Source: Bacteroidia bacterium
GTDB taxonomy: Bacteria > Bacteroidota > Bacteroidia > Bacteroidales > VadinHA17
Length of the DNA stretch: 64,000 nucleotides
Direction: 5' to 3'
Assembly: GCA_026391215.1 (NCBI GenBank)
Contig: JAPLDX010000106.1
Location: 1-64,000 of the forward strand
Part shown: piece by piece, positions 26,678 to 37,055 of the stretch
Numbering within the stretch: position 1 is the first letter of the stretch
How the letters are laid out: the number at the start of each line of letters is the position of its first letter
Translations under genes and position numbers: made by a program
Notes under the pieces: model-generated
Seen by the model: the letters and a program-made list of their open reading frames with translations, nothing else
Told to the model about the DNA's origin: nothing
Database searches by the model: none

Positions 26678-29407
26678 ATGAAAACATTTCTTGCATCGCT
26701 TATACTGCTTTTCATTTCTTCCGGCATATTTGCACAGGATTTTACAGTTAAAGAACTGACAGTTGAACATAAGAAAAATCCTGTTGGCATTGATATTAAG
26801 CAACCCGGATTTTCATGGAAAATTTTCGGTACCGGAACAAGCATTTTACAAACCGCTTATTCAATTAGAATAGCAACAGATCAGAAATTCTCTTCCGGGA
26901 AAATTATATGGCAATCAGGGAAGGTTATGACGGATGCCTCTGTACTCCAGATTTACAATGGCCCTGCTCTGAAATCAGGACTGAGGTATTTCTGGCAGGT
27001 GAAAGTCTGGGACAATAAAGGAAGGGAATCGAAATGGAGCGAACCGGCATTCTGGGAAATGGGCTTGCTCTCTCCTTCCGACTGGAAGGCAAAATGGATT
27101 GAAATGGATGGAGATACAAACCGCTACGCTCCATCTCCTCATTTCAGAAAGGAATTCTCAATCGATAAAACTATCTCAAAAGCAGTTATATATGTAACTG
27201 CTCATGGATTATATGAGCTCCATCTTAACGGTAAAAAAGTCGGAGACGAGGTGCTTACTCCAGGATGGACTTCATATGGAAAAAGAATCCAGTACCAGGT
27301 ATTTGATGTAACAGACCAGCTTGTAAAAGGGAAAAATGCTGTTGGTGCAGTACTTGGTGACGGCTGGTACAGGGGAACGTTAGCCTGGGGTGATAACTGG
27401 GCTATCTACGGAAAGAGGCTTGGATTGCTGATGCAGATGAAGATAACCTATTCTGACGGAAGTGAATCTTTAATAGTGACAGATGAAACCTGGAAATGCA
27501 ATAATGATGGTGCAATTCGAATGAACGATCTGTACAACGGGGAAATATATGATGCAAATAAAAAACTTACAGGATGGAATATGACCGGCTATAATGAAAG
27601 TAGCTGGAACAAGGTAAGTATCGGAAATTATAATATACCACTTATTGCTTCTGAAAGCGTTCCCGTCAGGAAGGTTGAGGAAATTAAACCTGTAAAGATC
27701 TTTAAAACTCCGAACGGAAGCCTTATTGCAGATATGGGACAGAATATGGTAGGCTGGATAAGACTTAAGGTATCAGGAACAAAGGGGACCGAAGTCACCG
27801 TTCGTCATGCAGAGGTACTTGACAAATACGGAGAGTTTTATACTGAGAATCTTCGGTCAGCTAAAGCTCAGTTTAAATACATACTTGCAGGTAGCGGTGA
27901 AGAAATATACGAACCGCGGTTCACCTTCTTCGGCTTCAGGTACATTGAAGTCTCAGGATTTCCAGGAACATTGACTGCCGATAATATTACTGGTGTTGTC
28001 GTTCATTCCAACATGGAACCGACAGGTACCTATAGTTGTTCCAATCCCCTTTTAAATCAGCTTCAGCATAATATTATATGGGGTCAGAAAGGAAATTTTG
28101 TGGATGTCCCTACAGATTGTCCCCAGAGGGATGAACGTCTTGGCTGGACAGGTGATGCACAGGCTTTCAGCCGTACAGCTGCTTTCAATTTCAATGTGGC
28201 TCCCTTCTTTACAAAATGGCTGAAGGATGTCGCTATTGATCAGAAACCCGGCGGAGAAGTACCTGACGTTATTCCCGATGTACTGAACATGCAGAATGCA
28301 AAGACAGCTCAACCGTCAGCAGGATGGGGAGATGTTGCAGTGATTGTTCCCTGGACCATGTATACAGTGTATGGAGATAAACGACTTCTGGAAACCCAAT
28401 ACCCCAGCATGAAAGCCTGGGTAGAGTATATCAGGAACATAGCAGGCGACAGCTATATATGGAAAGGAGGAAGCACATATGGTGACTGGCTCTTCTATCA
28501 TCCGCCTGTGAACAGCCATTCAACTCCTGACGGTCATACCGATCATGATTTTATTGCTACTGCTTTCTACGCCTATTCAACGAGTTTACTTGCGAAGGCA
28601 GCCAGAGAACTTGGAAAAACAGAGGATGAGCAATTCTATTCAGAACTTTTCGAAAAGATAAAAACAGTATTTATAAATGAATATGTTACACCTGCGGGAA
28701 GGGTAGGTACCAATTCACAGACATCTTATGTTCTTGCCCTGATGTTTAATCTCCTCCCTGAAAACCTCAGAGAAAAATCAGCGCAGTTTCTTGTTGATGA
28801 TATAAAGAGCAGGGATAACCATCTTTCAACAGGATTTCTGGGAACCGTTTTCCTTTGTCATGTGCTTACACAGGAAGGCTATTCAGACGTTGCATACGAC
28901 CTGCTGCTCCAGGAAACTTATCCGTCATGGCTTTATCCGGTGAAGATGGGTGCAACCACTATCTGGGAGCGTTGGGACGGACAAAGACCCGACAGCACTT
29001 TCCAGGATGCCGGGATGAATTCATTCAACCACTATGCGTATGGAGCAATAGGTGACTGGATGTACAGGGTATCTGCCGGAATTGAGGCCCTTGAACCGGG
29101 TTACAAGCAAATCATGATCCAGCCCCATTTTACAAAAAGACTTGACTATTCTAAAGCTTCCTATGAGAGTTCTTATGGCAAAATTGCTTCAGGCTGGGAA
29201 AGAAAATCAGGGAAGATCATACTTAAAGTAAACATACCTGAAAATACCAGTGCAATAATCCTGATTCCAACTGATGATCCGGGAAAAATAACCGAAAGCG
29301 GAATAACTATTACCGGAAATACAAAATTCAAATCAATCGGTAAGGAAAAGAACATGACAGCCATAAACACAGGTTCGGGTGAATATGTTTTTGAGATCGC
29401 TGAATAG
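26678..29407 (+). CDS. Alpha-L-rhamnosidase, GH78, secreted
   Basis: Signal peptide; PTDCPQRDERLGWTGD, GATTIWERWD, MNSFNHYAYG. Confidence 0.93.
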   Translation: MKTFLASLILLFISSGIFAQDFTVKELTVEHKKNPVGIDIKQPGFSWKIFGTGTSILQTAYSIRIATDQKFSSGKIIWQSGKVMTDASVLQIYNGPALKSGLRYFWQVKVWDNKGRESKWSEPAFWEMGLLSPSDWKAKWIEMDGDTNRYAPSPHFRKEFSIDKTISKAVIYVTAHGLYELHLNGKKVGDEVLTPGWTSYGKRIQYQVFDVTDQLVKGKNAVGAVLGDGWYRGTLAWGDNWAIYGKRLGLLMQMKITYSDGSESLIVTDETWKCNNDGAIRMNDLYNGEIYDANKKLTGWNMTGYNESSWNKVSIGNYNIPLIASESVPVRKVEEIKPVKIFKTPNGSLIADMGQNMVGWIRLKVSGTKGTEVTVRHAEVLDKYGEFYTENLRSAKAQFKYILAGSGEEIYEPRFTFFGFRYIEVSGFPGTLTADNITGVVVHSNMEPTGTYSCSNPLLNQLQHNIIWGQKGNFVDVPTDCPQRDERLGWTGDAQAFSRTAAFNFNVAPFFTKWLKDVAIDQKPGGEVPDVIPDVLNMQNAKTAQPSAGWGDVAVIVPWTMYTVYGDKRLLETQYPSMKAWVEYIRNIAGDSYIWKGGSTYGDWLFYHPPVNSHSTPDGHTDHDFIATAFYAYSTSLLAKAARELGKTEDEQFYSELFEKIKTVFINEYVTPAGRVGTNSQTSYVLALMFNLLPENLREKSAQFLVDDIKSRDNHLSTGFLGTVFLCHVLTQEGYSDVAYDLLLQETYPSWLYPVKMGATTIWERWDGQRPDSTFQDAGMNSFNHYAYGAIGDWMYRVSAGIEALEPGYKQIMIQPHFTKRLDYSKASYESSYGKIASGWERKSGKIILKVNIPENTSAIILIPTDDPGKITESGITITGNTKFKSIGKEKNMTAINTGSGEYVFEIAE

Positions 29408-29410
29408 AAA

Positions 29411-30313
29411 ATGGATTTTATTGCTGGTCATTATGGTGAGTTTGCAGCGCTTCTTGTCGCTTTTTTCTGGACAGTATCTGCCCTGGCATTTGAATCAGCA
29501 AGCCGCAAGGTAGGATCTTTAGCCGTCAATATTCTAAGGCTTGTTGCTGGTTTTATTTTTCTGAGCATTTTCACTTTTATACGCAGAAGGCTTATTTTAC
29601 CTACAGATGCCAGTGCAGAAAACTGGTTATGGCTGGCGCTCTCCGGACTGGTCGGATTTGTTTTTGGTGATCTGTTTTTATTCAAGGCATTTACAGTTAT
29701 CGGATCGAGGTTCTCAATGCTTTTAATGACTTTGGTCCCTCCCATTACTGCTTTTTTCGGATGGATTATACTTGGGGAACACCTTACGTTGATTCATTTT
29801 TTAGGAATGGCACTTACTTTTACAGGAATAGCAATGGCTATCTTTAACCGTAAATCAGAAGGTGAAAAACTTACCCTGAAGATTTCGCCATCGGGGATAC
29901 TCTATGCACTAGGTGGAGCAGTCGGCCAGGCACTTGGCCTGATATTAAGCAAATTAGGTGTCAGGGAATATGATCCTTTTTCTGCAACTCAGATCAGGAT
30001 CATTGCCGGTATTGCAGGATTCTCAGTATTGATTACAGTCATGGGAAGATGGGGAAGTGTCAGAAATGCTGTAAAAAATGCGAGTGCTATGAAATCTCTC
30101 ACCCTCGGTGCATTTTTCGGTCCCTTCCTTGGAGTCTCTTTCTCCCTGATAGCAGTCATGTTCACTGAAGCCGGAATTGCTTCGACAATTATGGCCCTGG
30201 TACCGATATTCATTATTATACCTTCTGCGATTATATATAAGGATAAAATAAAGTCTGCAGAAGTTATTGGAGCAATTATTAGTGTTGGAGGTGTTGCATT
30301 GTTTTTCATATAG
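29411..30313 (+). CDS. DMT/EamA family transporter
   Basis: About ten TM helices in two EamA-like repeats. Confidence 0.85.
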   Translation: MDFIAGHYGEFAALLVAFFWTVSALAFESASRKVGSLAVNILRLVAGFIFLSIFTFIRRRLILPTDASAENWLWLALSGLVGFVFGDLFLFKAFTVIGSRFSMLLMTLVPPITAFFGWIILGEHLTLIHFLGMALTFTGIAMAIFNRKSEGEKLTLKISPSGILYALGGAVGQALGLILSKLGVREYDPFSATQIRIIAGIAGFSVLITVMGRWGSVRNAVKNASAMKSLTLGAFFGPFLGVSFSLIAVMFTEAGIASTIMALVPIFIIIPSAIIYKDKIKSAEVIGAIISVGGVALFFI

Positions 30314-30319
30314 CATAAA

Positions 30320-30745
30320 ATGGTTGCTGAAGAATTAAGAAGTCGCATTTCTCCCAGAGAATTAATCTTTTCCACTTCCCGCAGCAGCGGACCCGGCGGA
30401 CAAAACGTCAATAAGGTAAATACAAAAGTGGAGCTGAGGTTTTATGTACAAGGATCATCAAATCTTTCTGCTCAGGAAAAAGAAAAGATACTTGAGAAAC
30501 TTAATAAGAAGATCAACGCTGACGGCGAGCTGATTGTAGTTTCACAATCAGAAAGAACCCAGCTCATGAACAGGAAGAAATCTGAAGAGAAATTTTTCAA
30601 ACTGCTTGCTGCTGCACTTACGGAAAAACGAAAACGCAGATCAACAAAACCAACTGATGCATCAAGAAAAAAACGGCTTGAGAAAAAGAAAAAAAGAGGT
30701 TCAGTTAAAAAGCTAAGGAAGATATTTGAGATAAATGAAGAATAG
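30320..30745 (+). CDS. arfB: Alternative ribosome-rescue peptidyl-tRNA hydrolase
   Basis: RSSGPGGQNVNKV, basic C-terminal tail. Confidence 0.95.
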   Translation: MVAEELRSRISPRELIFSTSRSSGPGGQNVNKVNTKVELRFYVQGSSNLSAQEKEKILEKLNKKINADGELIVVSQSERTQLMNRKKSEEKFFKLLAAALTEKRKRRSTKPTDASRKKRLEKKKKRGSVKKLRKIFEINEE

Positions 30746-32167
30746 TTAAACTTCCTTTAACTTCCATTTTCCCTTACGGAAGACCAGGAAAGCGGTCAGT
30801 GTCATTATTGTTTCAGCAATGACTATTGCCACATAAACACCATTCTCGTTCATTCCCGATGTTATGGCAAATATATATGCCAGCGGTATTTCAATGAGCC
30901 AGTAAGCAAATATATTTATCTTAAGCGGTGTCGTCGTATCACCGGCTCCGTTGAAGGAGTTGGCCAGCACCATTCCGAACCCGTATCCTATAAATCCGAT
31001 GCTAATAATTCTGAGGCATTCTATGCCTGGTTTAACAACAGTCGGATCGTCTATAAAAAGCCTGATGAACGGTTCCGGAAATGCAACAAGAATGATTCCA
31101 ACGATGCCGAGCAGGATCATATTAACCCAGCCTGTTATCATCACTGACCGCTCAGCCCGTTCAGGTTTTCCTGCTCCAAGATTTTGTCCTACAAGAGTGG
31201 AGGCGGCATTGCTTATTCCCCATGATGGCAGAAGGACGAAATTGATTATCCTGATGGCAATTGTATATCCTGCAACCACATCACTTCCAAATATTGATAT
31301 AATCCTTACAAGGGCTATCCAGCTTGACGTGCCAATTAGGTTTTGTCCAATACTGCCAAGTGAGATCTTTATAAGCTTTGCTATTATCCTGAAGTTTATC
31401 CCAAAGTGTTTTAATGAAAGCTGTATACGTTTTTTACCAAAGAAAAGAAGATACAACTGATATAATACCGCTATACCACGTCCAATAGTTGTTGCAATAG
31501 CAGCGCCCTTTATACCAAGCTCAGGGAATGGACCTAAACCGAATATCAGACATGGATCAAGTATTATGTTTATAATATTGCCTACCCAGAGAACCCTCAT
31601 TGCAACAGCTGCATCACCTGCGCTGCGGAAAATTGCATTAATAATGAACAACATCATTATGACAATATTTCCTCCAAGCATGATCCTTGCATATCCCGAC
31701 ATTTCATTAACGATCACAGGTGAAGCGCCCATGATATTAAGAAGATCTTTTGCAAACAGGACACCAGGTATGGCAATGATCACTGATACTATTGCACCGG
31801 TAAGAATGGCCTGAAATGCAGTCCCTGATGCCTTATCGGGATTCTTCTCTCCTATTCTTCTGGAGACCATCGATGTTGTGGCAGTTGCAAGTCCCAAAGA
31901 AATTGCATAAACAATTGTTATCAGAGATTCAGTCAGCCCGACTGTAGCTACAGCATCCGCACCGAGCTTTGACACAAAGAAAATATCGACAATGACAAAG
32001 ACTGACTCCATTATCATTTCAAGCACGGCAGGAATCGAAAGCAATAGTATTGCACGACTAAGTCTCACCTCGGTGAAATCCTGCTCGGTTCCTGCAACAG
32101 CTTCTCTGACATCACTGAAGAACAGTCGTATTTTCTGTCCTGTAATATTGCTTAAATGTCGAATCAT
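30746..32167 (-). CDS. MATE family efflux transporter
   Basis: About twelve TMs; NIILDPCLIFG, GAAIAT, LVGQNLGA. Confidence 0.92.
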   Translation of the reverse strand: MIRHLSNITGQKIRLFFSDVREAVAGTEQDFTEVRLSRAILLLSIPAVLEMIMESVFVIVDIFFVSKLGADAVATVGLTESLITIVYAISLGLATATTSMVSRRIGEKNPDKASGTAFQAILTGAIVSVIIAIPGVLFAKDLLNIMGASPVIVNEMSGYARIMLGGNIVIMMLFIINAIFRSAGDAAVAMRVLWVGNIINIILDPCLIFGLGPFPELGIKGAAIATTIGRGIAVLYQLYLLFFGKKRIQLSLKHFGINFRIIAKLIKISLGSIGQNLIGTSSWIALVRIISIFGSDVVAGYTIAIRIINFVLLPSWGISNAASTLVGQNLGAGKPERAERSVMITGWVNMILLGIVGIILVAFPEPFIRLFIDDPTVVKPGIECLRIISIGFIGYGFGMVLANSFNGAGDTTTPLKINIFAYWLIEIPLAYIFAITSGMNENGVYVAIVIAETIMTLTAFLVFRKGKWKLKEV

Positions 32168-32620
32168 TCCCCTTTATGCGATTCTGAATTTTCAGAAAGA
32201 CAAAAGTATTTTATTTTTATTTATGACAATAATTCATATAGAATAGTTCTGGCATCATTATTGAATAAATGACTTTTCAAAAAATAAAAATTGACGCTGG
32301 AAGAAGTTCTGGTGGTGAAAAAATGAATATAAAAATGCTACAGAAAAAAATGAGTCGAAATAATACCAATAGTCTTTGCAAATGCATTGATGATGAATAT
32401 ATGCATAATATGCTTATAGACAGGTGTTTAACTGATGATAATTCTGATCGGGAAATTATTGATGTTAATAAAATGCTATTAGTGTTAATATTTCTGATGG
32501 TCAAGTGATACAATGTATTAATAGAATATATATTTTCGCACCAATTAATTTTTTAATAATAGTATAAATTTAAAAACCACACACTCTTAAAAGAAACGAT
32601 GAATTATTTCATCATCTGCT

Positions 32621-33862
32621 ATGAACGCTAACAAAAATGAGGCTACGGCTGTCCGTGGTGACAGTCGCCTCGTGGGTAGTTCTTCCGAAGAAGAACCTGG
32701 CGCGAAAACCATGATTTTTTCGCAAAACGAGATCCCAATTCAGTTAGTTAGCAACCGAAGTTCGGAGTTCATGCACCGCTACTTCCCCCTAACAACTATC
32801 GATTCCTGGAATGATTGGAAATGGCAAATGCGAAATGCTATCACAAGCATTGACGAGCTAAAGAAAATCATGAAATTATCCGAAAAGGAGATTATGGCTA
32901 TTAATAATCTTAAGGGCCGCCTCCCAATGAGGATAACTCCGTATTTTGCTTCGCTTATTTTTGACACCGGGTATTCACATCCTCTCAGGAGAAACGTAAT
33001 ACCTGTTGTTGAAGAGCTGCTACAAAGCAGCAGTGAGCAATCCGATCCGTTACATGAGAAATCATCTTCTCCTGTTAAAGGTATAGTTCACAGATACCCC
33101 GACAGGATACTTTTCACTGTAACCCAGGTATGTTCTAATTATTGCAGATATTGTACACGTTCGCATTCTGTAGGCAAACTGGACAAGCTCGGCAAACAGG
33201 ATTTTGAGAAAGCCTTTAATTATATTGCTACTCATAAGGAGGTAAGAGACGTTCTCATCAGCGGTGGAGATCCACTTACCCTCAGCGATGCTCTCCTTGA
33301 ATACATTGTTTCAAATATTAGAAGCATTGCACATGTTGAAATAATACGTATAGGCACAAGAACACCTGTTGTATTACCCCAGAGGATTACTGACAACCTG
33401 GTCAACATGCTGAAAAAATATCAGCCTCTTTATTTCAGCCTTCATTTTTCGCATCCTGCTGAAGTAACTGACGAATGTGCAAAAGCTTGCAACAAGCTGG
33501 CCGATGCCGGATTTCCTCTTGGAAGTCAGACTGTCCTTCTTAAGGGCATTAATGATAATGTCCCCGTTATGAAGGAGCTCATGCACAAGCTGCTTATGAT
33601 AAGAGTACGGCCTTATTATTTATATCAATGTGATCTCATTCCCGGTTCAGGTCATTTCAGGACCACTGTGAAGAAAGGTCTCGAAATAATGAAAGGATTA
33701 CGAGGTTTCACAAGCGGTTATGCTGTGCCTACTTTTGTTGTTGATGCTCCTGGAGGAGGTGGTAAGATCCCGTTGATTCCGAATTATGTTGTTGAGCATA
33801 ACAGTGAAAAAATAGTGCTGCGTAACTATAAGGGTGTTCTATGTGAATACCCTGAAAAATAA
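32621..33862 (+). CDS. kamA: KamA-family radical SAM/PLP lysine 2,3-aminomutase
   Basis: HRYPDR, CSNYCRYC, SGGDPL, YLYQCD, VDAPGGGGK; alternative ATG at 32711. Confidence 0.88.
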   Translation: MNANKNEATAVRGDSRLVGSSSEEEPGAKTMIFSQNEIPIQLVSNRSSEFMHRYFPLTTIDSWNDWKWQMRNAITSIDELKKIMKLSEKEIMAINNLKGRLPMRITPYFASLIFDTGYSHPLRRNVIPVVEELLQSSSEQSDPLHEKSSSPVKGIVHRYPDRILFTVTQVCSNYCRYCTRSHSVGKLDKLGKQDFEKAFNYIATHKEVRDVLISGGDPLTLSDALLEYIVSNIRSIAHVEIIRIGTRTPVVLPQRITDNLVNMLKKYQPLYFSLHFSHPAEVTDECAKACNKLADAGFPLGSQTVLLKGINDNVPVMKELMHKLLMIRVRPYYLYQCDLIPGSGHFRTTVKKGLEIMKGLRGFTSGYAVPTFVVDAPGGGGKIPLIPNYVVEHNSEKIVLRNYKGVLCEYPEK

Positions 33863-33870
33863 TACTTTTG

Positions 33871-34845
33871 ATGAAAGTTGGTTTGACTTATGACCTGCGG
33901 TCATGGTATCTTGACCAGGGTTATTCTATGGAGGATACTGCAGAATTTGATAAGCAGGAGACTGTTGATGCTATTGATTCAGCCATCCGTAAAATGGGAT
34001 TTGAAACTGAACCTGTCGGCAATTGCTTCCAGTTAATTGAAGCATTGGCCGCAGGCAAGAAATGGGACCTGGTATTTAATATTGCAGAAGGACTCTATGG
34101 CGACGGACGCGAATCAGTGGTCCCTGCAATACTGGATCAATATAAAATTCCATACGTCTTTAGCGGACCTGTCATCCTTGGAGTTTCACTGAATAAATAT
34201 CTTACAAGACTGATTGTTTCAGCAGCAGGAGTTCCGGTGAGTCCTGGTATGCTTATATCAACCAGAGAAGATATCAGAAAATGCAAACTGGAGTATCCTC
34301 TGTTTATAAAACCAGTTTCTGAAGGCACCGGAAAAGGCATTACTGAAAAGAACCTGCTGAAATCACCGGCTGAATTAAAGGAAATGGCAGAATATATCCT
34401 GGACAGGTTCAACCAGCCTGCTCTTGTTGAAGAATATCTTCCGGGAAGGGAGTTTACTGTTGGTGTGATCGGATCGGGTGATGAAACTGTTGCGATAGGT
34501 GGCATGGAAATAGAATGCAAGAATAACTACCCCTACTCCGTCGAGTACAAGGAAAACTATCAGGAATTCTGTAAATATATCCCGATGACTAAGGAGTTCA
34601 GTGAAGAATGCAAAACTGTCGCTCTGAATGTATGGAAAGCACTCGGCGGTGTCGATGCAGGTAGAGTTGATGTTAAAGCCGACAGGAATGGTAGGATTTG
34701 CTTCATGGAGGTGAACCCACTCGCCGGACTTCACCCTATCCATTCCGACCTGCCTATATTATCCAGACTGATTAATATTGATTATCAGACACTGATGGAG
34801 ATGATAATTAAATCAACCTTAAAAAGGCACGGATTGAAGCTATGA
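33871..34845 (+). CDS. D-Ala-D-Ala-ligase-like ATP-grasp ligase 1
   Basis: VFNIAEG, KPVSEGTGKGI, EEYLPGREFT, EVNPLAGL. Confidence 0.85.
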   Translation: MKVGLTYDLRSWYLDQGYSMEDTAEFDKQETVDAIDSAIRKMGFETEPVGNCFQLIEALAAGKKWDLVFNIAEGLYGDGRESVVPAILDQYKIPYVFSGPVILGVSLNKYLTRLIVSAAGVPVSPGMLISTREDIRKCKLEYPLFIKPVSEGTGKGITEKNLLKSPAELKEMAEYILDRFNQPALVEEYLPGREFTVGVIGSGDETVAIGGMEIECKNNYPYSVEYKENYQEFCKYIPMTKEFSEECKTVALNVWKALGGVDAGRVDVKADRNGRICFMEVNPLAGLHPIHSDLPILSRLINIDYQTLMEMIIKSTLKRHGLKL

Positions 34846-35813
34846 CCAGACAAAGATGCTGCATATTATTTAATCAACCACGTGAAAATGCCACATCAGA
34901 CGAACTGGATGTTCTTGACCAGGTGGAATATATTGAAAACAATTTAAGGGAACTTGGCATTGAGACTTACCGGAAAGGCATAACTCTTGATTTTATAAAC
35001 GAGATAGCATCTCTCTCCGCAGATAAACCGGATTTTGTATTTAACCTGGTTGAATCAATAAACAATAAGGGTGAGCTGTGTTATTTCATACCAGCTCTTT
35101 TGAATATGCATTCGATACCATATTCAGGAAATCCCCTGGAGGCAATGTTTATCACAACAAGCAAGGCGCTTACCAGCAAGACATTAAAAAAAGCAGGGAT
35201 AAATAATCCTCAGGGATATTATCCTTCACAGTACACTCTTCTTGTTCCGGGAAATAAGTATATCATTAAGCCAATATGGGAAGATGGCTCACTGGGCATA
35301 ACAGGCGACTCCGTTTTTACCTATGAACCTGGTTATGTGGCCAAGCTGAAGAACTTCAGCGATTCACACTGGTTCATTGAAGACTATATTGACGGAAGGG
35401 AATTTAATATAAGTGTCATTTACAGTGAAAACGGGCCGGAAGTATTGCCTGCCGCAGAAATGACATTCAATAACTATTCTGACGAAATGCCACGGATAGT
35501 AGATTTTAAGGCAAAATGGGAAGAAGGCAGCTTTGAATATGAAAATACAATCAGGAAATTCCCCGGCATGAATCTCAATCCCCGTCTTAAGGAAAGAATT
35601 GAATCTGCCGCCCTGAAGTGCTGGTCTGAATTCGGACTTAAAGGTTATGCAAGAGTAGATATGCGGGTCGACCAAAATGATAATCCTTACGTGATTGAAG
35701 TTAATGCAAATCCGTGTCTGTCTCCTGATAGCGGTGTTGTTGCAGCCACAATCGCAGCTAACCTGCCGTTTACTACTGTTCTTACACGGATAATCAGCGA
35801 TTTAAATAAATAA
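34842..35813 (+). CDS. D-Ala-D-Ala-ligase-like ATP-grasp ligase 2
   Basis: VFNLVES, KPIWEDGSLGI, YIDGREFN, GYARVDMR, EVNANPCL. Confidence 0.85.
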   Translation: MTRQRCCILFNQPRENATSDELDVLDQVEYIENNLRELGIETYRKGITLDFINEIASLSADKPDFVFNLVESINNKGELCYFIPALLNMHSIPYSGNPLEAMFITTSKALTSKTLKKAGINNPQGYYPSQYTLLVPGNKYIIKPIWEDGSLGITGDSVFTYEPGYVAKLKNFSDSHWFIEDYIDGREFNISVIYSENGPEVLPAAEMTFNNYSDEMPRIVDFKAKWEEGSFEYENTIRKFPGMNLNPRLKERIESAALKCWSEFGLKGYARVDMRVDQNDNPYVIEVNANPCLSPDSGVVAATIAANLPFTTVLTRIISDLNK

Positions 35814-35814
35814 A

Positions 35815-36303
35815 ATGATGACAGTTATTTCTGAAGGTATCAAGCCTGAAGACAGGAAAAAGATTGAAGAGATACTCAGATCGACAAATTTCTTTTACGA
35901 ATTTGAGATCAACACTGCACTGGATATTGCTGATGAGACGTTGTCGGAAGGGATGGAAAAAAGCGGATATTTCTGGCTCAAAGCAACTGATGAGGATGGC
36001 GTAGTGGCATTTGCCAACTACGGGAAGAATGAATTTTCGACGCACTCTTGGGAGCTATACTGGATTGCAGTTCATGACTCATCAAGAAATAAGAAACTGG
36101 GTTCAGCAATGTTAAAAGCTGTCGAGGATAATGTAATCAAATCAGGGGGTAAGATCCTTTGGATCGAAACATCGGGACGTCCTTTGTATGCTTCAACTGA
36201 AGCCTTCTATAAGCATAAGGGATATGAACTGGCAGCTAGTTTGAAAGACTTCTACGGACCAGGTGATCCTAAACAAGTTTATGTCAAGGTCCTGAAAACT
36301 TAA
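35815..36303 (+). CDS. GNAT family N-acetyltransferase
   Basis: LYWIAVHDSSRNKKLGS, IETSG, FYKHKGY. Confidence 0.88.
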   Translation: MMTVISEGIKPEDRKKIEEILRSTNFFYEFEINTALDIADETLSEGMEKSGYFWLKATDEDGVVAFANYGKNEFSTHSWELYWIAVHDSSRNKKLGSAMLKAVEDNVIKSGGKILWIETSGRPLYASTEAFYKHKGYELAASLKDFYGPGDPKQVYVKVLKT

Positions 36304-36310
36304 AAGCTGA

Positions 36311-36760
36311 TTATTTTATCAGATTTGCATTGTAATACTCCGATTTTCCTGTCACCTCATCTCCCAACCAGTCAGGTTTCTCAAATTTTTCGGATTCAGA
36401 GCCCAGTTCTATTTCGGCAATTACCAGTCCTTCATTCTTATCGTGAAATACATCAACTTCAAAAATATGTTTCCCTTGTGGTACCATGTGCCTCGTTTTC
36501 TCGATCTTGCCGGGAAGACAGATCTTCATTATTTCCACCGCATCTGCCATTGGAATCTGGATTTCCCATTCACCGCGGGCAATTGATATGCCATGTGGCT
36601 TGCTCTTTATTGTAAGAAAGGCTTTTCTTCCTGCAGTTCTGACTCTTATTGTTTTATCAGGATCTATCGAAAGGTAAGTCTGTTTGATATTTACTTTCTT
36701 AATTGCCAGATGCCTGAACTCTCCTTTTACAAGGAATTTACGTTCAATTTCGGTGCCCAT
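36311..36760 (-). CDS. CYTH domain protein
   Basis: EIERKFLV, FEVDVF, AEIEL. Confidence 0.9.
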   Translation of the reverse strand: MGTEIERKFLVKGEFRHLAIKKVNIKQTYLSIDPDKTIRVRTAGRKAFLTIKSKPHGISIARGEWEIQIPMADAVEIMKICLPGKIEKTRHMVPQGKHIFEVDVFHDKNEGLVIAEIELGSESEKFEKPDWLGDEVTGKSEYYNANLIK

Positions 36761-36924
36761 CTTTTTTCTGTAAAGTTAGAGCGTTTGTCAAAAAATGAGT
36801 AACGTTAGTGGAATTAATCTTAAGCAATAATGGATATAATTTTTGAGATTTCCAATTTATCTACAGGCCTTCATCTTAAGAAAAACATGGTTCATAACTG
36901 ATTATGCCATGTTCGTGTAAAAAA

Positions 36925-36956
36925 TTTGGATTGTATTTAAAGATTTGATAAATTTG
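36925..36956 (+). promoter_or_regulatory. Bacteroidetes housekeeping-type promoter
   Basis: TTTG (36925-36928), 20-nt spacer, TAAATTTG (36949-36956). Confidence 0.55.
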
Positions 36957-37055
36957 AAAGATTAGACTCTTATTTTTAAAATCTTAATGAGATTGAGTCC
37001 TTTGTTATATTATCAGCAGAAGTAGTTTTAGTTTAGGTTGGTAGGGTGATTAGGT

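Noticed and set aside
32269-32513. Two overlapping ~79-aa ORFs in the MATE-kamA spacer
   Set aside because: Very AT-rich with no motifs; most likely non-coding promoter DNA
33871-35813. Housekeeping ddl or van resistance genes
   Set aside because: Not in a cell-wall or van cluster, divergent N-termini, and coupled to kamA and a GNAT
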